From the NCBI GenBank assembly GCA_905178155.1, contig CAJINV010000001.1:14095265-14159264 (forward strand): a DNA stretch of 64,000 nucleotides, in the 5' to 3' direction. Source of the stretch: Amoebophrya sp. A120. Its lineage: Eukaryota > Protista > Dinoflagellata. Shown piece by piece: positions 31,797-45,066 of this stretch. Position 1 is the first letter of the stretch. The number at the start of each line of letters is the position of its first letter. The position numbers were made by a program, and so were the translations under genes. The notes under the pieces were generated by a model. The model searched no databases and was not told the DNA's origin. It worked only from the letters and a program-made list of their open reading frames with translations.

Positions 31797-33413
31797 TCAA
31801 TTTTTGATACTGCCTTGCACAGACTTGTCAACTTGTTTTCTTCGTCGTTCGAGTGCGCGGCAACCGGCAGAGAAAGCGCCCATCATGTGAAAGTCCGGGT
31901 CTACACAAAGCGACAGCTTTGTCTTTTTTGAAAAGTAAGGTACGTGATCTCGTGATAGCCTGCGGCGCCACGAGCCGTATATGTGATCTATGGAATACTT
32001 CCAGCTGTGAATCCAGAGTTTTTCGTAAAAAGAAGCCAACTCGGCCTTGCTGTATTCATCAAGAACAGGTACAGGATCAGCAAGATCATTGTGTTCTTCC
32101 ATCGCCAGGAGCATCACACACGTTCCGAGAGTTTCCGACTGGACCCAGAAAATCTTGTCGTAGTTGCAGATACTGCCATCTAAGTTCAAGCTGTACGCCA
32201 AGCCGCCCTTTTCCACATCCCAGGCGTACTTGACCGCGAGGTGGAAGAGGTTCCGCGCTTTCGGCAGCAACCACTCCTGTTCGCAACCTTCGACACCTTT
32301 TCCGATTTCGTGCAGCTCCAGCAGGAACCGCGCCCACTCGACTTGGTGCCCGGGTTGAAAGCCCCACGGCCGGAAAATTTCCAATTCTTTGGAGGTGTTC
32401 GTGAAGTCCAAAACGGGTTCCCATTTTTCATCGTAGTGCTCCCAAATCAGCGGTAGACAAGTCCGGGACAAGCGACCGGACATTGTCTCAACTTCCGCAG
32501 TACTGCTCTCTGTCGTGCACGTGGTTCCTCCCTCACGAGCCGCATATTTGTCCTCAAGAACTAGATTTTTAGACGCTTTCCTCGGCGCTCCGCTATCCGT
32601 TCCAGCAACCGCTTTCTGTAGTCGGGTCACCGTGACCTGTCGACGACAAATGTTATCGGCGATAAGTAGTGCGCGGCGGAAGAACTTCAAATCTTTCGTC
32701 GCCGCGTAGGTTTCTAAGAGCGCTTCCGTCATGTGTAGATTCCCGGACTCGCTGCGGTAACTGGTCCAGTTCCAGTTGTCATCTGCCTCCTCCGCGTACA
32801 ACCCATTTTCGGCGTCCCACATCTTTGCTTCCAGCGTGTCCCAAGTTTCGTCGACCATTTTCCTTGCCTCCTTCACACCGAGCTTCAGTGCCGCACTGTA
32901 GGCGAGCAGACACTGCGCCAAGCCGTAGGTGTAAATCCGGCTGTCCAGCGGCTCCGGGGGGACCTTTTTCATCGTTAGGTCAAGTGGTTCCATCGGGTCT
33001 GTGGTTGGTCCCTCCCTGATCGACCAAAAATACGCACCGTTCTCCGGGTTTCGGAGCGGGCCGTGAAACAAGTAATTAATCCCACGCATCACGGCTTTCA
33101 AGTAAGATTCCATCGGGGCGGCAGCTCTTGTTTTGGATAATTGCTCGTGGGCCTTGGCGTAACTAAACACGAAGCGGGCTTGCGTAACCAAAAGCTTCGT
33201 CCGTGTGTCGAACACCTCGCCGTCTTCGGCGTAAAAGTGGTAAAACCCACCATTTACGTCGTCCGTGCATCGGGGAACGGAGAAGAAATTCATGCAATGG
33301 GTCATCTGTTCGCTTAGAAAATCGACGGTCAAAAGTTGCTCCGCTGGCGGCAACGGCGGTAAGTCCGACGCCGAAAACCGGCTAGTGGCCGCCGGTGCTG
33401 CCATCGGCATCAA
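31797..33413 (-). CDS. AGE/N-acylglucosamine 2-epimerase family sugar isomerase (D-mannose isomerase/YihS-like), bacterial type
   Basis: GGFYHFYAEDG, QARFVFSYA, NLHMTEALL, WEHYD, FRPWGFQPGHQVEW, AWD..GGL, KIFWVQSE, DFHMMGA; single ORF. Confidence 0.9.
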   Translation of the reverse strand: MMPMAAPAATSRFSASDLPPLPPAEQLLTVDFLSEQMTHCMNFFSVPRCTDDVNGGFYHFYAEDGEVFDTRTKLLVTQARFVFSYAKAHEQLSKTRAAAPMESYLKAVMRGINYLFHGPLRNPENGAYFWSIREGPTTDPMEPLDLTMKKVPPEPLDSRIYTYGLAQCLLAYSAALKLGVKEARKMVDETWDTLEAKMWDAENGLYAEEADDNWNWTSYRSESGNLHMTEALLETYAATKDLKFFRRALLIADNICRRQVTVTRLQKAVAGTDSGAPRKASKNLVLEDKYAAREGGTTCTTESSTAEVETMSGRLSRTCLPLIWEHYDEKWEPVLDFTNTSKELEIFRPWGFQPGHQVEWARFLLELHEIGKGVEGCEQEWLLPKARNLFHLAVKYAWDVEKGGLAYSLNLDGSICNYDKIFWVQSETLGTCVMLLAMEEHNDLADPVPVLDEYSKAELASFYEKLWIHSWKYSIDHIYGSWRRRLSRDHVPYFSKKTKLSLCVDPDFHMMGAFSAGCRALERRRKQVDKSVQGSIKN

Positions 33414-34362
33414 ATTTTGTGATCTTCTATACGCTACCCCCGGAATCCGAATCCCAATGATGTTGTTCTGCGTTATTTTCGTTAGCGATGTTTTCGTAGA
33501 GCGATGTGGTACTGATCATTTTTGCACATCGACGTCTCATTTCCGCGGAAAAAAAGGTGCGTCGGCTGCAATTGCCAAAAAAAGCCACCTGGGGGGTTGC
33601 CGTAGTTTGGTTTCTTTTGTACTTCGATATCGTCCTCAACAAAGATTTCCTTCGCACGGTTAGATTGAAACAGGAACACACACTTAATTTTTCAGAAATT
33701 CAGCTGATCGCTCAGCATCTTTATTCGTGTCACCATACTGTCCGCGGGCTTGTTTCCACGTATATCTATCAAAAAAAGTTCCTCGACGTTCCCATCGCGT
33801 CATTGAAAGTAAACCAGCACATAGCGATCTTCGTTTCAATTGTTTGCAAAGAAGTAGGTAGGCTTGTTTCACAAAAAAGTAGCTTGAGTGTCATTCTCAA
33901 CGATAAACGACGACTGGTTGTCGGCGTGCAAGCATCGCGATCGCTCTGCGTGCCGTAAACGTAACTCATCCTGTAGGCAACTCAACAAAAAAAACCACAA
34001 CTTCAAAGAAGATAAAGACCAAGCAGTCGATTTCAAGAGGTCACTTGTCAACGCACACACCAACCGAAAAAAGTAGCACTTGAGTAGCAAAGTTCAACGA
34101 ATTGAAATTGAAATTGATGTAAAGATGATCGAAATTAGTCTAAGTCTTAGATAATTACTCGTGGCTTCATAGGACCGTGTCACGCGGCCCCATGAGATAG
34201 TGTTCGGAAAATGTTTTTTGCTGTATCAACATTAAGCAAAGTTGTAGACACCGATGAGTAAACAAAGAAAGTGGTAGATCAAGAACTGTGAAAACAAAAG
34301 GAAAAAGACACTCCTCAAACAACATCTTTTCGCGAGAATACTTCCCTGCATCCTCGAGCTCC

Positions 34363-37300
34363 TCAGAAGATTTCAGCGAATTCCTGGTAGCTCAAAAGAT
34401 CGTCTCCGTCCCGGTCACAGGCCTGCCAGAGCGCATCCAAGTGCTGGTCCGAGAGGTCGGGGTTGTGCTCGGAAACGAGCGACTGGAACCGCAGCTGATC
34501 AATGCCACCACCCTTCGTTCTGCACAAATCGTGAAAGAGTGCAAGCTTCGAAACCGCGTCCAGTGGCTGTTGTGTGGAATGTGAGTTTTTTGTTTTCATC
34601 GATAAAACCGGCTTCTACAGCACGGGGAACAACTTTGATGATCCGTCGAAGGGGCAACTGTTTCGAAGATCCCTAGCATATAGAAATAGAACAAGGATGG
34701 TGTTCAACATCAAGGGAGAATCATCACGAAAACCTATTTATTTTACCGTTTCCCCACTGCCAAGAACACCTCCGGATCCCCCCGACCCGGAGGAGCTCAA
34801 GCTCGTGCGCGCCTGGTGCGAGGTCAGCAACTTCCTTCTGGTCACCGTCAGGGCCTGCTGCATCCACACTGGCAGGTCGCGCTCCTTCTTAGATTTCGGC
34901 GGTGTGCGGTTCGTGATCGCGTTGATATTGACGTTAATAGAAGGAGGCGTTAGCGGTGCAGTCGTGGCTGCACGGAGATCGAAGGACGACGATGTGGACG
35001 TCACGATCGGCTGAAAAGACGGAGCCGTGAAGTTGAAGGACTGGTTACTTTGTTGCTGCAGGACTGCTGGTGTTGTATTAGCTGCGCCGGCGGCGGAACT
35101 TGTCCACAGAGGCGGCCTGCTCGTCAGGGTGCCGCCTCCTGCTGGAGTCAAGGACGTGTAATTCCGTCTTCTCGCCTCTGGCGTGTCGTCGACGATTCCG
35201 GCCAGCAAAGGACTGCGCAGGTTCATGGAGGACGCGACTTCTGGGTTGGTGGCTGGCATTGGCAATGACGTTGCATCGGGAAGAAACTCCTCTTCTGGTG
35301 GCGCCGAGGGTCGGCCATCGAGGAACAAATCTTCCGCCGCATCCGTAAACCCGGCTTCACTCGGCGACCGCAGTTGCGGGTAGCTTGTTGGCGGCGGGCC
35401 GATGTGCGCCCGATGTCGCTGGGCACTACCTGGAGGTCGCATAGCCGGCGGAGACGGAGAGCTCAGCTGACTCTGGATCTGGAACATCGAGGGGGTCGGC
35501 GATCCGACAATCACGGGGGCGATGTAATGAGAAGACGCGGCTTTATTGTTGTAATTCGCACCACTTGGAGGGGGCAAAACTGCTGAGGGCAGAGCTACTT
35601 GACTCTGTAATTCCATCGGCGCGACAACGCTGGTCGGCTGACCCCCTGTGTAGTGGTAGCTGGTTTGCAGCACTTCGCTGTTCGCCGTTGTATTTTCGTC
35701 TATTCTGGCCATGGCAGAAGCTGTAGACGGCATCTGGACAGTGGCAGCCGGATTTGCGAGGTTGTAGTTATTGCTCGAGGCCGACATAGAGGGTGCGCTG
35801 TACAAGCCCGGAAGCCTGGCCGGCGAACGAACCAGCAGGTTCGCCTTCGCTGGATACGCAACCGGCTTGCCACCAAAGGCTGTCGCGTTTTCGCCGCTAG
35901 TGCTGACGCCTCGCAGCGCGTCCCCGTAAATCCTTGCCGACGGACTTCCAGGAGGCGATTTCGCGTAGGTCGAGCTCGATGCTGGCGCAGGACCGGGCTT
36001 GTTTGTGATGTTGAACGTAGTTGAAGTCAGAGATGCTGGAGGTGCTCCGACAGCGAAATCGGCAGCCAGATTGCTGCTGCCCGTGCGCGCCCGGGGGCGG
36101 GATGCGGCGGACGGAATGTCTGCGGATAAAACCAGGGGCTGCCTTGGTATCATTCCGGAAACAGCGTCCGCGATCACTCCCTGCCCGCGGTTCGTTGCCA
36201 AGTCGACGCCGCCGCTGCTGCGCAACGCTGCCCGCGTCGGGGACCGGGACTGGTTTCCGCCCACGCGGACCTGACTCAAGTACTCCCCGTCTCGTTCTGC
36301 TGCAGGACCTTCAGCGGAGAAGCGAACGCTCTTATTGGAGGCACCACCGGAATACAGGTTCTGCTCCAGCACACCACGCCCTCCCGCACCGACCGCCGAC
36401 GCGGGCGCCGGTTGCTCCATCAGCGACAAGGTGCGCACTTTGGACCGACCGAGCAGGCCCTGGAGCGGAAATTCGCTGAAAACGACGGAGTAAACTAGAG
36501 ATTGGAACTCGGGCCAAGTCATCCAAAAGGTGGTCGGGTCCGAGACCTGTTCGAGAAACGCACCGATCTCGTCTTCGCCGATGAATTGCGGGCCAAGCTT
36601 GCACTGCCGGGTCACCTCGCGACCAAGCTTCACCCATTCCTCGTCGCGTGACAGGGACCCACTGTACGCGTCGAACATGTAGTACGGGTTCCGGATCTGT
36701 GTTTTACGCGTTTGGATTTCAACATTAAAACTCAGTCAAAATAAAAGTTCGACAAGCAGGAGCAGTCACAGTCCTGCAATTCTTTGAGTTCTCTGTTCCA
36801 TGCGAATACACCGACCACGTGGGGCAGATTCATTAAAATTGTACTTTCATCTCAGTTCACTAGTACCTTCAACAAGCGATGGCGATCCTGCCCCCCGGCG
36901 GGGATGATGTCTTTGCACTCGACGACGCTGTAGTACTGGTAGGCCAGCAGCCCAAATGCCGACAGGTTCGACCCCTCCTGCAGCGCGATGAAATTGCAGC
37001 CGACGAGATGACCTTCCTGCGTCAAGGATTTGAGCGATTCCCAAATCGCGGCGGGGGACAGCGCGTTCTCGGTGACGTCCCAAAACGTACACTCCGTGAA
37101 ATGGGAGTCGGCGCCCAAGTGACCCTCGCCCCAGACGTCCACGAGAGTCTCCTGTTTGCGCGACCAGGGGAAGTAGACCTGGTAGCCGCTGCCGCCGGTC
37201 AGCACCGACCAGATGAGACAGGGCGAGATGCCATTCAACATGGCGTAGGATCCGAAAAGTTTGGCGAGTGCTTTCTCGAGCAGGTAAGGCCACAGAGCAC

Positions 37301-40300
37301 CACCGTAGCGACCTGCATGATTTTCGATTAGGTGCCGTTCTGTGCCATTATTTCCCGGCGTAATACTGATAGGTTGCATTTGTGCGCAGTTATTTGAGTG
37401 GATCCATTCACAAGCGAAATAGTAGCATCGTTTGGATTTGCAACCGCAAAGCAACAAAAGTTTCCATGATAAATTACCGAAGCATGGTCGCCAATTTTGC
37501 CAATCGCCCGCTTCTGTTTGGGCGGTGGCGCAGCAGGGTATGCGATCATTGACCGCTACTTCGCCGGGTAGGAAATCCGCGGACGGGAGGTAGAGCCGCA
37601 GAAAGTAAAAGTGCTCCCCCTCCGTGCTATCGCGGCAATTGGCGAAGACGCGGTGCACCAGCTCCGGGAAGTCAGCTAGCACCACCAACGCCGCGAGCAG
37701 ACAGGCGTTAGACCCCGAGGTCGAGTACAACCCCAAGTGCGCCAGCTGGTGGGAAAATGTGGACAAATTCTCCGGCACCAGCGGCCAGGGCGCCGCGCGC
37801 TCGTCTGGATGCGCTTTCAGTTCCTTCAGGCGTGGGGCGGAGAGCCAACGGAGCGGGGACCGGAAGTCCACCGCGTCCGCCCCAAGGGACATGGCGCGGT
37901 GAGTGAAGTAGTCTTCGCGGCCGAACCGGCTTGGGTTCAGGACGTTGGGGTTCGGCACGTGTCGCTGTTCCCAGGTTTGCGACAATTGCTCCTGCACTGG
38001 GTGCAGGTCCTGCTGCTGCTGCTCCGCTTTGTCTTCACGAAGTGTTAGCGTTTCCGTGTAGAGCGTATTGCCCTCGACGGTCGCCGCCAGGACAGTTCTT
38101 GCGGCGCTGACATACACCGGAATGCGGTAGGAATTTAGGACGCCGCTCAAGTAGGAAGAAACAGGCTCCACCTCGTAGAATAGAGGTTTCGAGGGGAGTT
38201 TCTCTGGCTCCAGGTCGTTCAAATTCACTTGCTCATCTGCCGGTGCTGAAGAGGCCGCTATCTCGTTTTCTTTCATCTTCGAAGCAGCGTCAACGACAGC
38301 TCCGACTTCTGGCGGATCTTGTGCCAGGAAAACAGGCGGGTCGAGGATGGGTTGTGTGCTTTGTAGCGCCGCCTCTAGTTGAATCTGTTGTTCACCAGGC
38401 TGCTCGACTGCCGGTGCCGCAGGTCTCATCAGATTATCCAGCTTTTCGGAGATCAGCGCGAGTTTTTCCACGATCAACAGGTCGGCGGCGCTCGGTGTCG
38501 TGCCAATGGTCGTGTTTTTATTCGCATTTGCGAGCACAGCTGATGGTTGAGTGTCTGTTTTTTCCATTTTGCTCCTTTCGGTAAAGGGATTTTCCTTCGA
38601 GTCCCGCAAGAGCTTCGGAGTCTCGTCCCCCGCCACCACGTCAGTTCCAGTGATCTGGTCCTCGTCCTTCTTCTTGATTTTCACGACATCTATGGCACTA
38701 GGCTCCTTGGGCGAATCACCGGCGATCGCGGGTGCTGCTGCAGTTGAGGCTGCGCCGTTGTCTTGGTTTACTCCGGGAGTTGTCGTTGCAGCGAAAATTG
38801 GGATGAAGTAGCTGTTTCCATGTTTGATTTTGGAACTGGAAGCTACATCAAAGTCACGTCATCATCATAGAGAAGAAAAAGGACGACTGGTGATGAAAAA
38901 TGCTCTGAAAACTATGGATACCGCCATGTAGGATAGGCACAACATATTGCAGAAAAGAATACGAAAAGCATACGACAAGCAAAAAGACAGAAGGTATCTT
39001 ACTACGACTACAACCTCTGACAGAAAGTGTATTACTTTGGATCCGTGGCGGCTGCTGCTGGACCGGAAACCATGCGCACGCGGGGTAACTTCTCGTCTTC
39101 CGGATCGGGTGGGGGGATGACGGTACCATGTGCGATGTCCCCCTCCGCAGCGGGATCTATCTCAGATACGCTGCGACTCCCGTTCTCGACCTTTGGCGGA
39201 GTGAGAACGAGCTTCATACCCAATCCGAGTATGTACTCTTCGTCCTCCTTCAGCGGCCCAGAGTGACTGCAATACGCCACGGTAATCGCCTCGCCTTCTG
39301 CGACAACGGGCCGCCCGCTGCTAGAGGAACCCGCTGCAGCTGTTGCACTTGTTTCCTGGGGCGGATAGACGACGTCGTCAGCAGGAACAGGACCCGAAGC
39401 TCCACTCACGGGTCCTGTGCTCGCAGGAGCACGACCGTCGTCTGCGGGTGGCAGTGGAGTTTTCCTGCGTGTGGTCGTCGTGGCTGCAGGAGCGAGTGTT
39501 ACGCTTTCCGCAACAGCTGGTGCTACGCTCTGGCTTGTTGTTACCGGACTTGCAGTTCCTGTGGCAGCACTGCTAGATGAATTGGGCAGCGGTGCAGCAG
39601 TTGGAGTGACTGTGGACGGAGCTGCAGGCTCATTTGCTACTGTTGCTTGTGGCGCGACGACCGCTTGCGCTGTCATTGCTGACGGCTCCGGGCGCTCATC
39701 CGGAACAATTGCCGGAGTCGAGTTTGCAGAGCCCACCGCTACTTCGGGAACTTGTGTGACTTCCGGCGCATCCATGTCCCCGGCTGCGTTGTCTTCGCCG
39801 CCCGTTTCTTCCACTACGACCGGACTACCAACTGACTCGACAGCGTCAGCAGGAGCGCCCGGTGACAACTGTGGAATGATCGTGGTCCCCGGTACAGCTG
39901 CTCCCGCTGGGATTGAGGCCGCGCCGGTTTCTGTCACTGCGGCTGGCTGATCGACTGAAGTGCCCTCCGGGGCTGGGTCCCGGTTCGAAGACGCGACTTC
40001 TGGCGGTGTGGAAGCACCAGCAGGAGTCTGCGAGGGCACTACAATGTTGACATTGTTTGGCGTTGTTTCCACCGACCCACTACTACCGGTTTCGCCTGCG
40101 AAGTTTCGGCAGAGCGACCCCGCGAGAGGTCGTGCGGTAGCGGAAGCCGAAGCAGAACTGTCGCCACGTTCCTCTTCGCCAACCTGCACAACAACTTCTT
40201 GCACGTTCAGCAGGGACTTGCTCACGAGGTCGCCCACCGCTTGACGACTGGCGGCACTGGCAATCCCGATGGCCTCAGGTGTTGAGGATTTCGCTTGGCC

Positions 40301-42043
40301 AGTCGCCTGCAGCAGCTCGGAGAGACCGTCCAGGTTGTTGTCGTCGGCGTCCTCCAAGACCGGCAAACCGACGACGACGTTCGGGGATGCGGGAAGGGAT
40401 TCTCCAGCCTTTCTGCTGGTCAGCACAACCGGCTCGTCGAGTTTTTGTTCGGTTGCCTCTGCGACGGCTGCGACAACGTCTGCCGGCGTGGGTTTAGTAT
40501 TCTGCTCACTGGCCGCTTCTGGAACTATGTGCTCTGCGACGGCAGCAGTGATGCCAGCCACAACGGGTTGATCCACCGCAGTGAAAACAGGAGCAGCTGC
40601 GGGTTCCGGCACTGGAGAGCCATTGCCAAAAATATGCAAACCGGACTGCTTCTCCATTAGCCGCTTCTTTCCGTATTTGCGCAGCCACGCGACGTAGGGA
40701 ATCTCTTTCGCCTCCCTCGTTGCCTCGCGTAGCATCGCCATGCAATTGCGGTCGCTCCCCAGACCTAAGTCAACCAACATGGCGAGGGCCTGCGAAACCG
40801 TCAAACTCCCGACCAAATCTACATCTCGCTGCAAAAACGCAGCGCCCACATCCTGCCGCTCCAGTCGTTCACTTCCATCCGCAAAGGCGTTGAAAAGGAA
40901 CTCCTCAGCCGCCTCCTGTTCCTTGTTTTTTGTTTTAATACCCGCGGCCGAACTTTTTTCCATCATCTTCCTTCGCGATTTACTCGGTACCGGCGACGAC
41001 GCGGAGCGATTCGACTTCGGCGACATTGAGGGACTTCTTGACTTTTTGTTCGCGGTGCCGGGCGATGAGGTTGACGACATTCCGGTTTTGGAGTCGAACA
41101 AAACCTCGTTGTCTGCGTTGAAGGAGACGCACGACTGGTTAATATTTCCTCCAGCATCGCTGGCTAAAGGCGCGCCCTCGGGAGAAGACGCTATGGAAAG
41201 CGGCTCCGTGAAGCGTGGCGTCGTCGCGGGCCGGTAAAAGCGCGTGTTCTGCTCTGGCGCAGTGTTTGCTGCTTCTTCAGGCGGTTGCTCGAGCGTCGCG
41301 AGGCTGTTCAATGTTTCTTCCATGTTGAGAATCGGTGGTACAACCGCTAGAGACGTGTCGGCTTCACCCGATTTTGCAGATGTTGACCCGCCCTGCTTAT
41401 CCAGCACACCGGACAAAGGTCGGCGCTCCACAGCGGATAGTTTTGATCTGCCGCTCTGCAGCTCTCCACTTACCGGAACCGGCCGTGCCGCTGGCTTCGC
41501 CTGGCGCCCAACGCGCTCTTCTGGCGGATCTTTGCTGTGCCTTTTGCTGTTCACCGTGCTGGGAGCTGTTCGGTTCCCAGCGAGTGGTCCTGGTCCTCCT
41601 GCTCCTGATTTAATGATTTCCTTATTGCCCCCACCACGCGCTTTGCCCATGGCGCCCGTGATGCTGCCACCGGAACTGGAAAACGTTATCTTCGAACTCA
41701 TGGTTTCCTTCGAAGACGACCCAGCGCCGCTGCTTGTTCCGGTGGTCGTCTGGGCGGCCTTGTTCAGTGCGCCCGTGATCTTGCCCTTTGATTGTATGAC
41801 ACCGTTCTTGCGCAGCCATTGCGTTACATTCACACTGCTTGCGTTTCCCTCCGGGGGAAGTTTTGCCACGACCTTGCCGAACAGCACGGGGTGGAAACTC
41901 GGCACGCCCTCGGTCTCGAGCAGCGAACGAAACTTCTCCGCGTCGATTCCTTTGTTGGTCGCGCGCAACTCATGCTCCACGGGCAGCCGCCGCACCAGAC
42001 CAAACAGGTCGCGCTCCAACTTGCTGACCAGCCGCTCCTCCAT
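34363..42043 (-). CDS. Large calpain-like protein (~2330 aa) with degenerate CysPc domain and EF-hands (exons 42043-39036, 38811-37478, 37312-36867, 36696-34747, 34614-34363)
   Basis: VNDRIPC, LWPYLLEKALAKLFGSY..LNG, LTGG, LLK|IRNP, FWMTWPEF; C-terminal DRDGDDLLSYQEF EF-hand. GT-AG introns join the ORFs in frame (6990 nt). The join to the first exon is less certain. Confidence 0.75.
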
Positions 42044-42985
42044 CTTGTTGGCGGAAAAAAGTCGGCAGATCTACAAGGTGCTCCTCGAATGACACACCTA
42101 AAGCTCGTCCCTCTGGTGTGTGTCGCGTGTGACACCAAGCACTGCCTATCCCTATGAAGCAAGCCGACAAATTATGAGCTGCGTGTATTCTGCTCACTAT
42201 GCATGCACATCGACGATTTCGAATGTAGGAAAATTTTCTACAACCTTCCTCTGTAAACGCAGTCCGTTCTTGTTTTCGTTTTTGGTTGTTTTTCTGTAGT
42301 CGTGCGCTCTTTTCATCTCTCATCCTCATGTGCGTCCAGTCGTCTCACTCGATCGGTTTTCATATGCTCATGCTGGTTTTGCACTCGGTTGGCCTTTTGC
42401 TAGGCTAAGTACTGTGCATTCATCTAAATCAATGCAGCTGCAAGACATGTGCATTTGTTGCTGTTTTGGTACGACGATGCGAGACAATTGTAGTTCTTAC
42501 TTCACCACGACGCCGTCCATTCCGATAGAACTCCCCACAATCAGAGCTCAGACGGAAAGTCAATGTAGTTTTTGATGATTTTGAAGAACGGGAAATAGTT
42601 CTGCTTTTCCTTTTTCGATGGGACCGTCGATGATACATTCTTCAGTCGTGGGCTTCGAGTTCGAGCAGGTTCGTTTAGGTGTATTCAAATCTTACAAAGT
42701 TGAAATGAGACGTTCGTACATATTTGGAGATACACGTCGTAAAATGTAAATGACAAACAAAGGTTCTTCTAAGCTCAAACTGGGAAGATGGTGGTGGTGC
42801 AAGCATCATTTACTATTTACAGAATTTTTGCAAGTGGAGAAAAGTCAGGCTCAGGAAAGTAGAAAAGGCCCGCCCGCTCTCAAAATTTTCAACTATGCTA
42901 TCTGAATATCATTGCAGAAGATTAGCATGCATGATCCAGAAACGTGGTAGTATCAGTGGTGTACGACGTCGATGACATTTTTCTC

Positions 42986-45066
42986 TCAATTCCGTGGTTC
43001 TCGCCGCAACATGCGCGGTCGCTTTCCGGTGGAGGCGGCTTCGGACGACGTCTCTGCCGATGATGATGAGCTCCACGACGAGGGCCAGGACCACCATGAC
43101 GCTCCTTCTTGTTCCGCTTCCGGTTCGGTCTTTTGGGGGTGGACGATTTCGCTCCGCTGTTCGTCCAGATTCTGCTTCGCACTGTTCCGTTCCTCGCTGT
43201 GATTTGTGTCGTCGACTTCTCCGGTTTGGAGGAAGAAAGCCATTGTAGACTGCTCTTTCACGGCCTGAAGCAGATCGCGCATGATGTCCTGCCCGTCTTC
43301 CTGCGCAGCGCGCTGCATGTTGCTCTTGATCGTCAGGGCAGCGTCTTTCCTGTTGTTGAAAGTACAATTTTATAATACTTGAAACGCAAAGTAGTCAGAT
43401 TCAAAACTTGAAATATTCGCTTCAACCGGAACTGCAGATGAATAGAAAGCAGCACCACGTAAAACACAATTCTATTGTACAGGTTGTCGTATTTGTCCTT
43501 TGCCAGGTTGCTCTGTTCTCGCGCTTTTTCCCAGGATTCGGTGATCTGCGTTAAGAGTTCCAGCAGTTTCTTTCCGTGCTCCCACGTCATCTCTTCCCGG
43601 TGTTCGAAGCGCTGGCCAAATCGCGTCGCCACCCGCGTCCGCAGTTCTGTGAACTTTTTCAGCAGCTCGCCCATTTTGTCCTTCAACTGCCCGAACTTCT
43701 TTTTCTCCACGGTCGCCTCGTTGTTCACGCTCGCTTCCAGCTGCTTCACGCCATAGTTCAGAGCCATCTCCATGCTTTCTAGTTCGTTCCCCAGTTCCCG
43801 CATCCGCGTCTCCTGCTCCATCATGCGGCTGGGGTCGAGATTTGAGCTCTTGAACTCGTCCTCCAGCTCCAAAAATTTCCCCCGCTTGACCTTGTACAGC
43901 TCGATCAACTTGTCCAGTTTCGCGTTCTGCTGCTTTTCCGCAAGCTCCACCATGGCCGACGGTTGCTGCTCGTCGGCTTCTTCATCGCTTGCGGTTGGCG
44001 GTGCTGGTGCTTCTGCCCCCGCATCTACCGGGGATTCAAAACTAGGTGGCGCAGTAGTGGTTGGAGTAGTTATTTGGGACTCTACGGCACCGTCGGAGAG
44101 ACGTTTGTCATCGTTTTCGTGTGTGTCTTGTAAGTTCGGATCCTCCTCCAGTTGGAGTTGACTCGCGGGACTTTCATGAAACTCAGTGCTCTGCTGCTCC
44201 TCTACTTGGCCCAGAGTACTGTCATCCGCATCTAGGTCGACGACTGTCTTACTGTTGTAGTGCGGCAGCGAGCTAATTTGGATGAAGTTCGCTTCTGGAG
44301 GAGCTGCTACAGCGGGAAGAGAATCTTCAGTAAGGGGTCCCGTAGGAGGACTAGCGGCTTGCAATTGCTTCCCTCCATCAGGGGGAGAGTTTACAATTAG
44401 TGCAGCATGACCAGCATCCCGTTGCTGCTCATCGTGCGAAGGAGAGGACGGTGCTTCTTTCTCCCCCGTTGGATACGTAATTTTCGGCTCCCCCGTTTCG
44501 AGAAAGAAACTTTGCTCCGCCGACTCCGTGGCTGCGTCCTCGATAGTTTTCTCGAGATTCGGGACCGTGGATTGACTCTGAGCACTCGGCTTCTTCTGAT
44601 CGGCCATGGCGTCCAGCGCGTCGGCCGCTTCGTTGTTGGCCGCGACCGCGTCTGTGAACTCCGGGGCCATCTTGCCCAAGCGGTACAGAATGTCCTTCGT
44701 GCGTGCGGCGACCACATCCTCTTGGTCCACCAGTTTTTCATCAGTGAGATGAAGCGTACTGCTCGGATGCTTTGCCTGTTTCGCGGCCGAAGTTGCCTGT
44801 GCAGACGATTTTTGTGTTCGAGCTGGCTCAACAGGATTAGGCGGTAGCTCCGCTGAAGCCACTACCTCATGGTCTTCCTTCAAAGAAGGTATTTCGCTCG
44901 GCGAAACGGTGGTTGACGGTGACGGTGGCGTCAAAGCGGAAACCGATCCTAGTTGGTGGAAGGGTACAACGAAGGCGACAAAGAGGAACACAAATTGCAC
45001 AAATCTTGATGAGAATGCTTCGCTCCACCGCACGCGGAATTTGACGGTCTCCGTGTGATTGACCAT
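42986..45066 (-). CDS. Putative secreted coiled-coil protein with FLQ/FLE-type motifs (exons 45066-43481, 43349-42986)
   Basis: Hydrophobic signal segment (FVQFVFLFVAFVV), SFFLET/NFIQI/AFFLQT motifs, long coiled coil; GT-AG intron 43480-43350. An upstream in-frame ATG exists at 45210. Confidence 0.7.
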
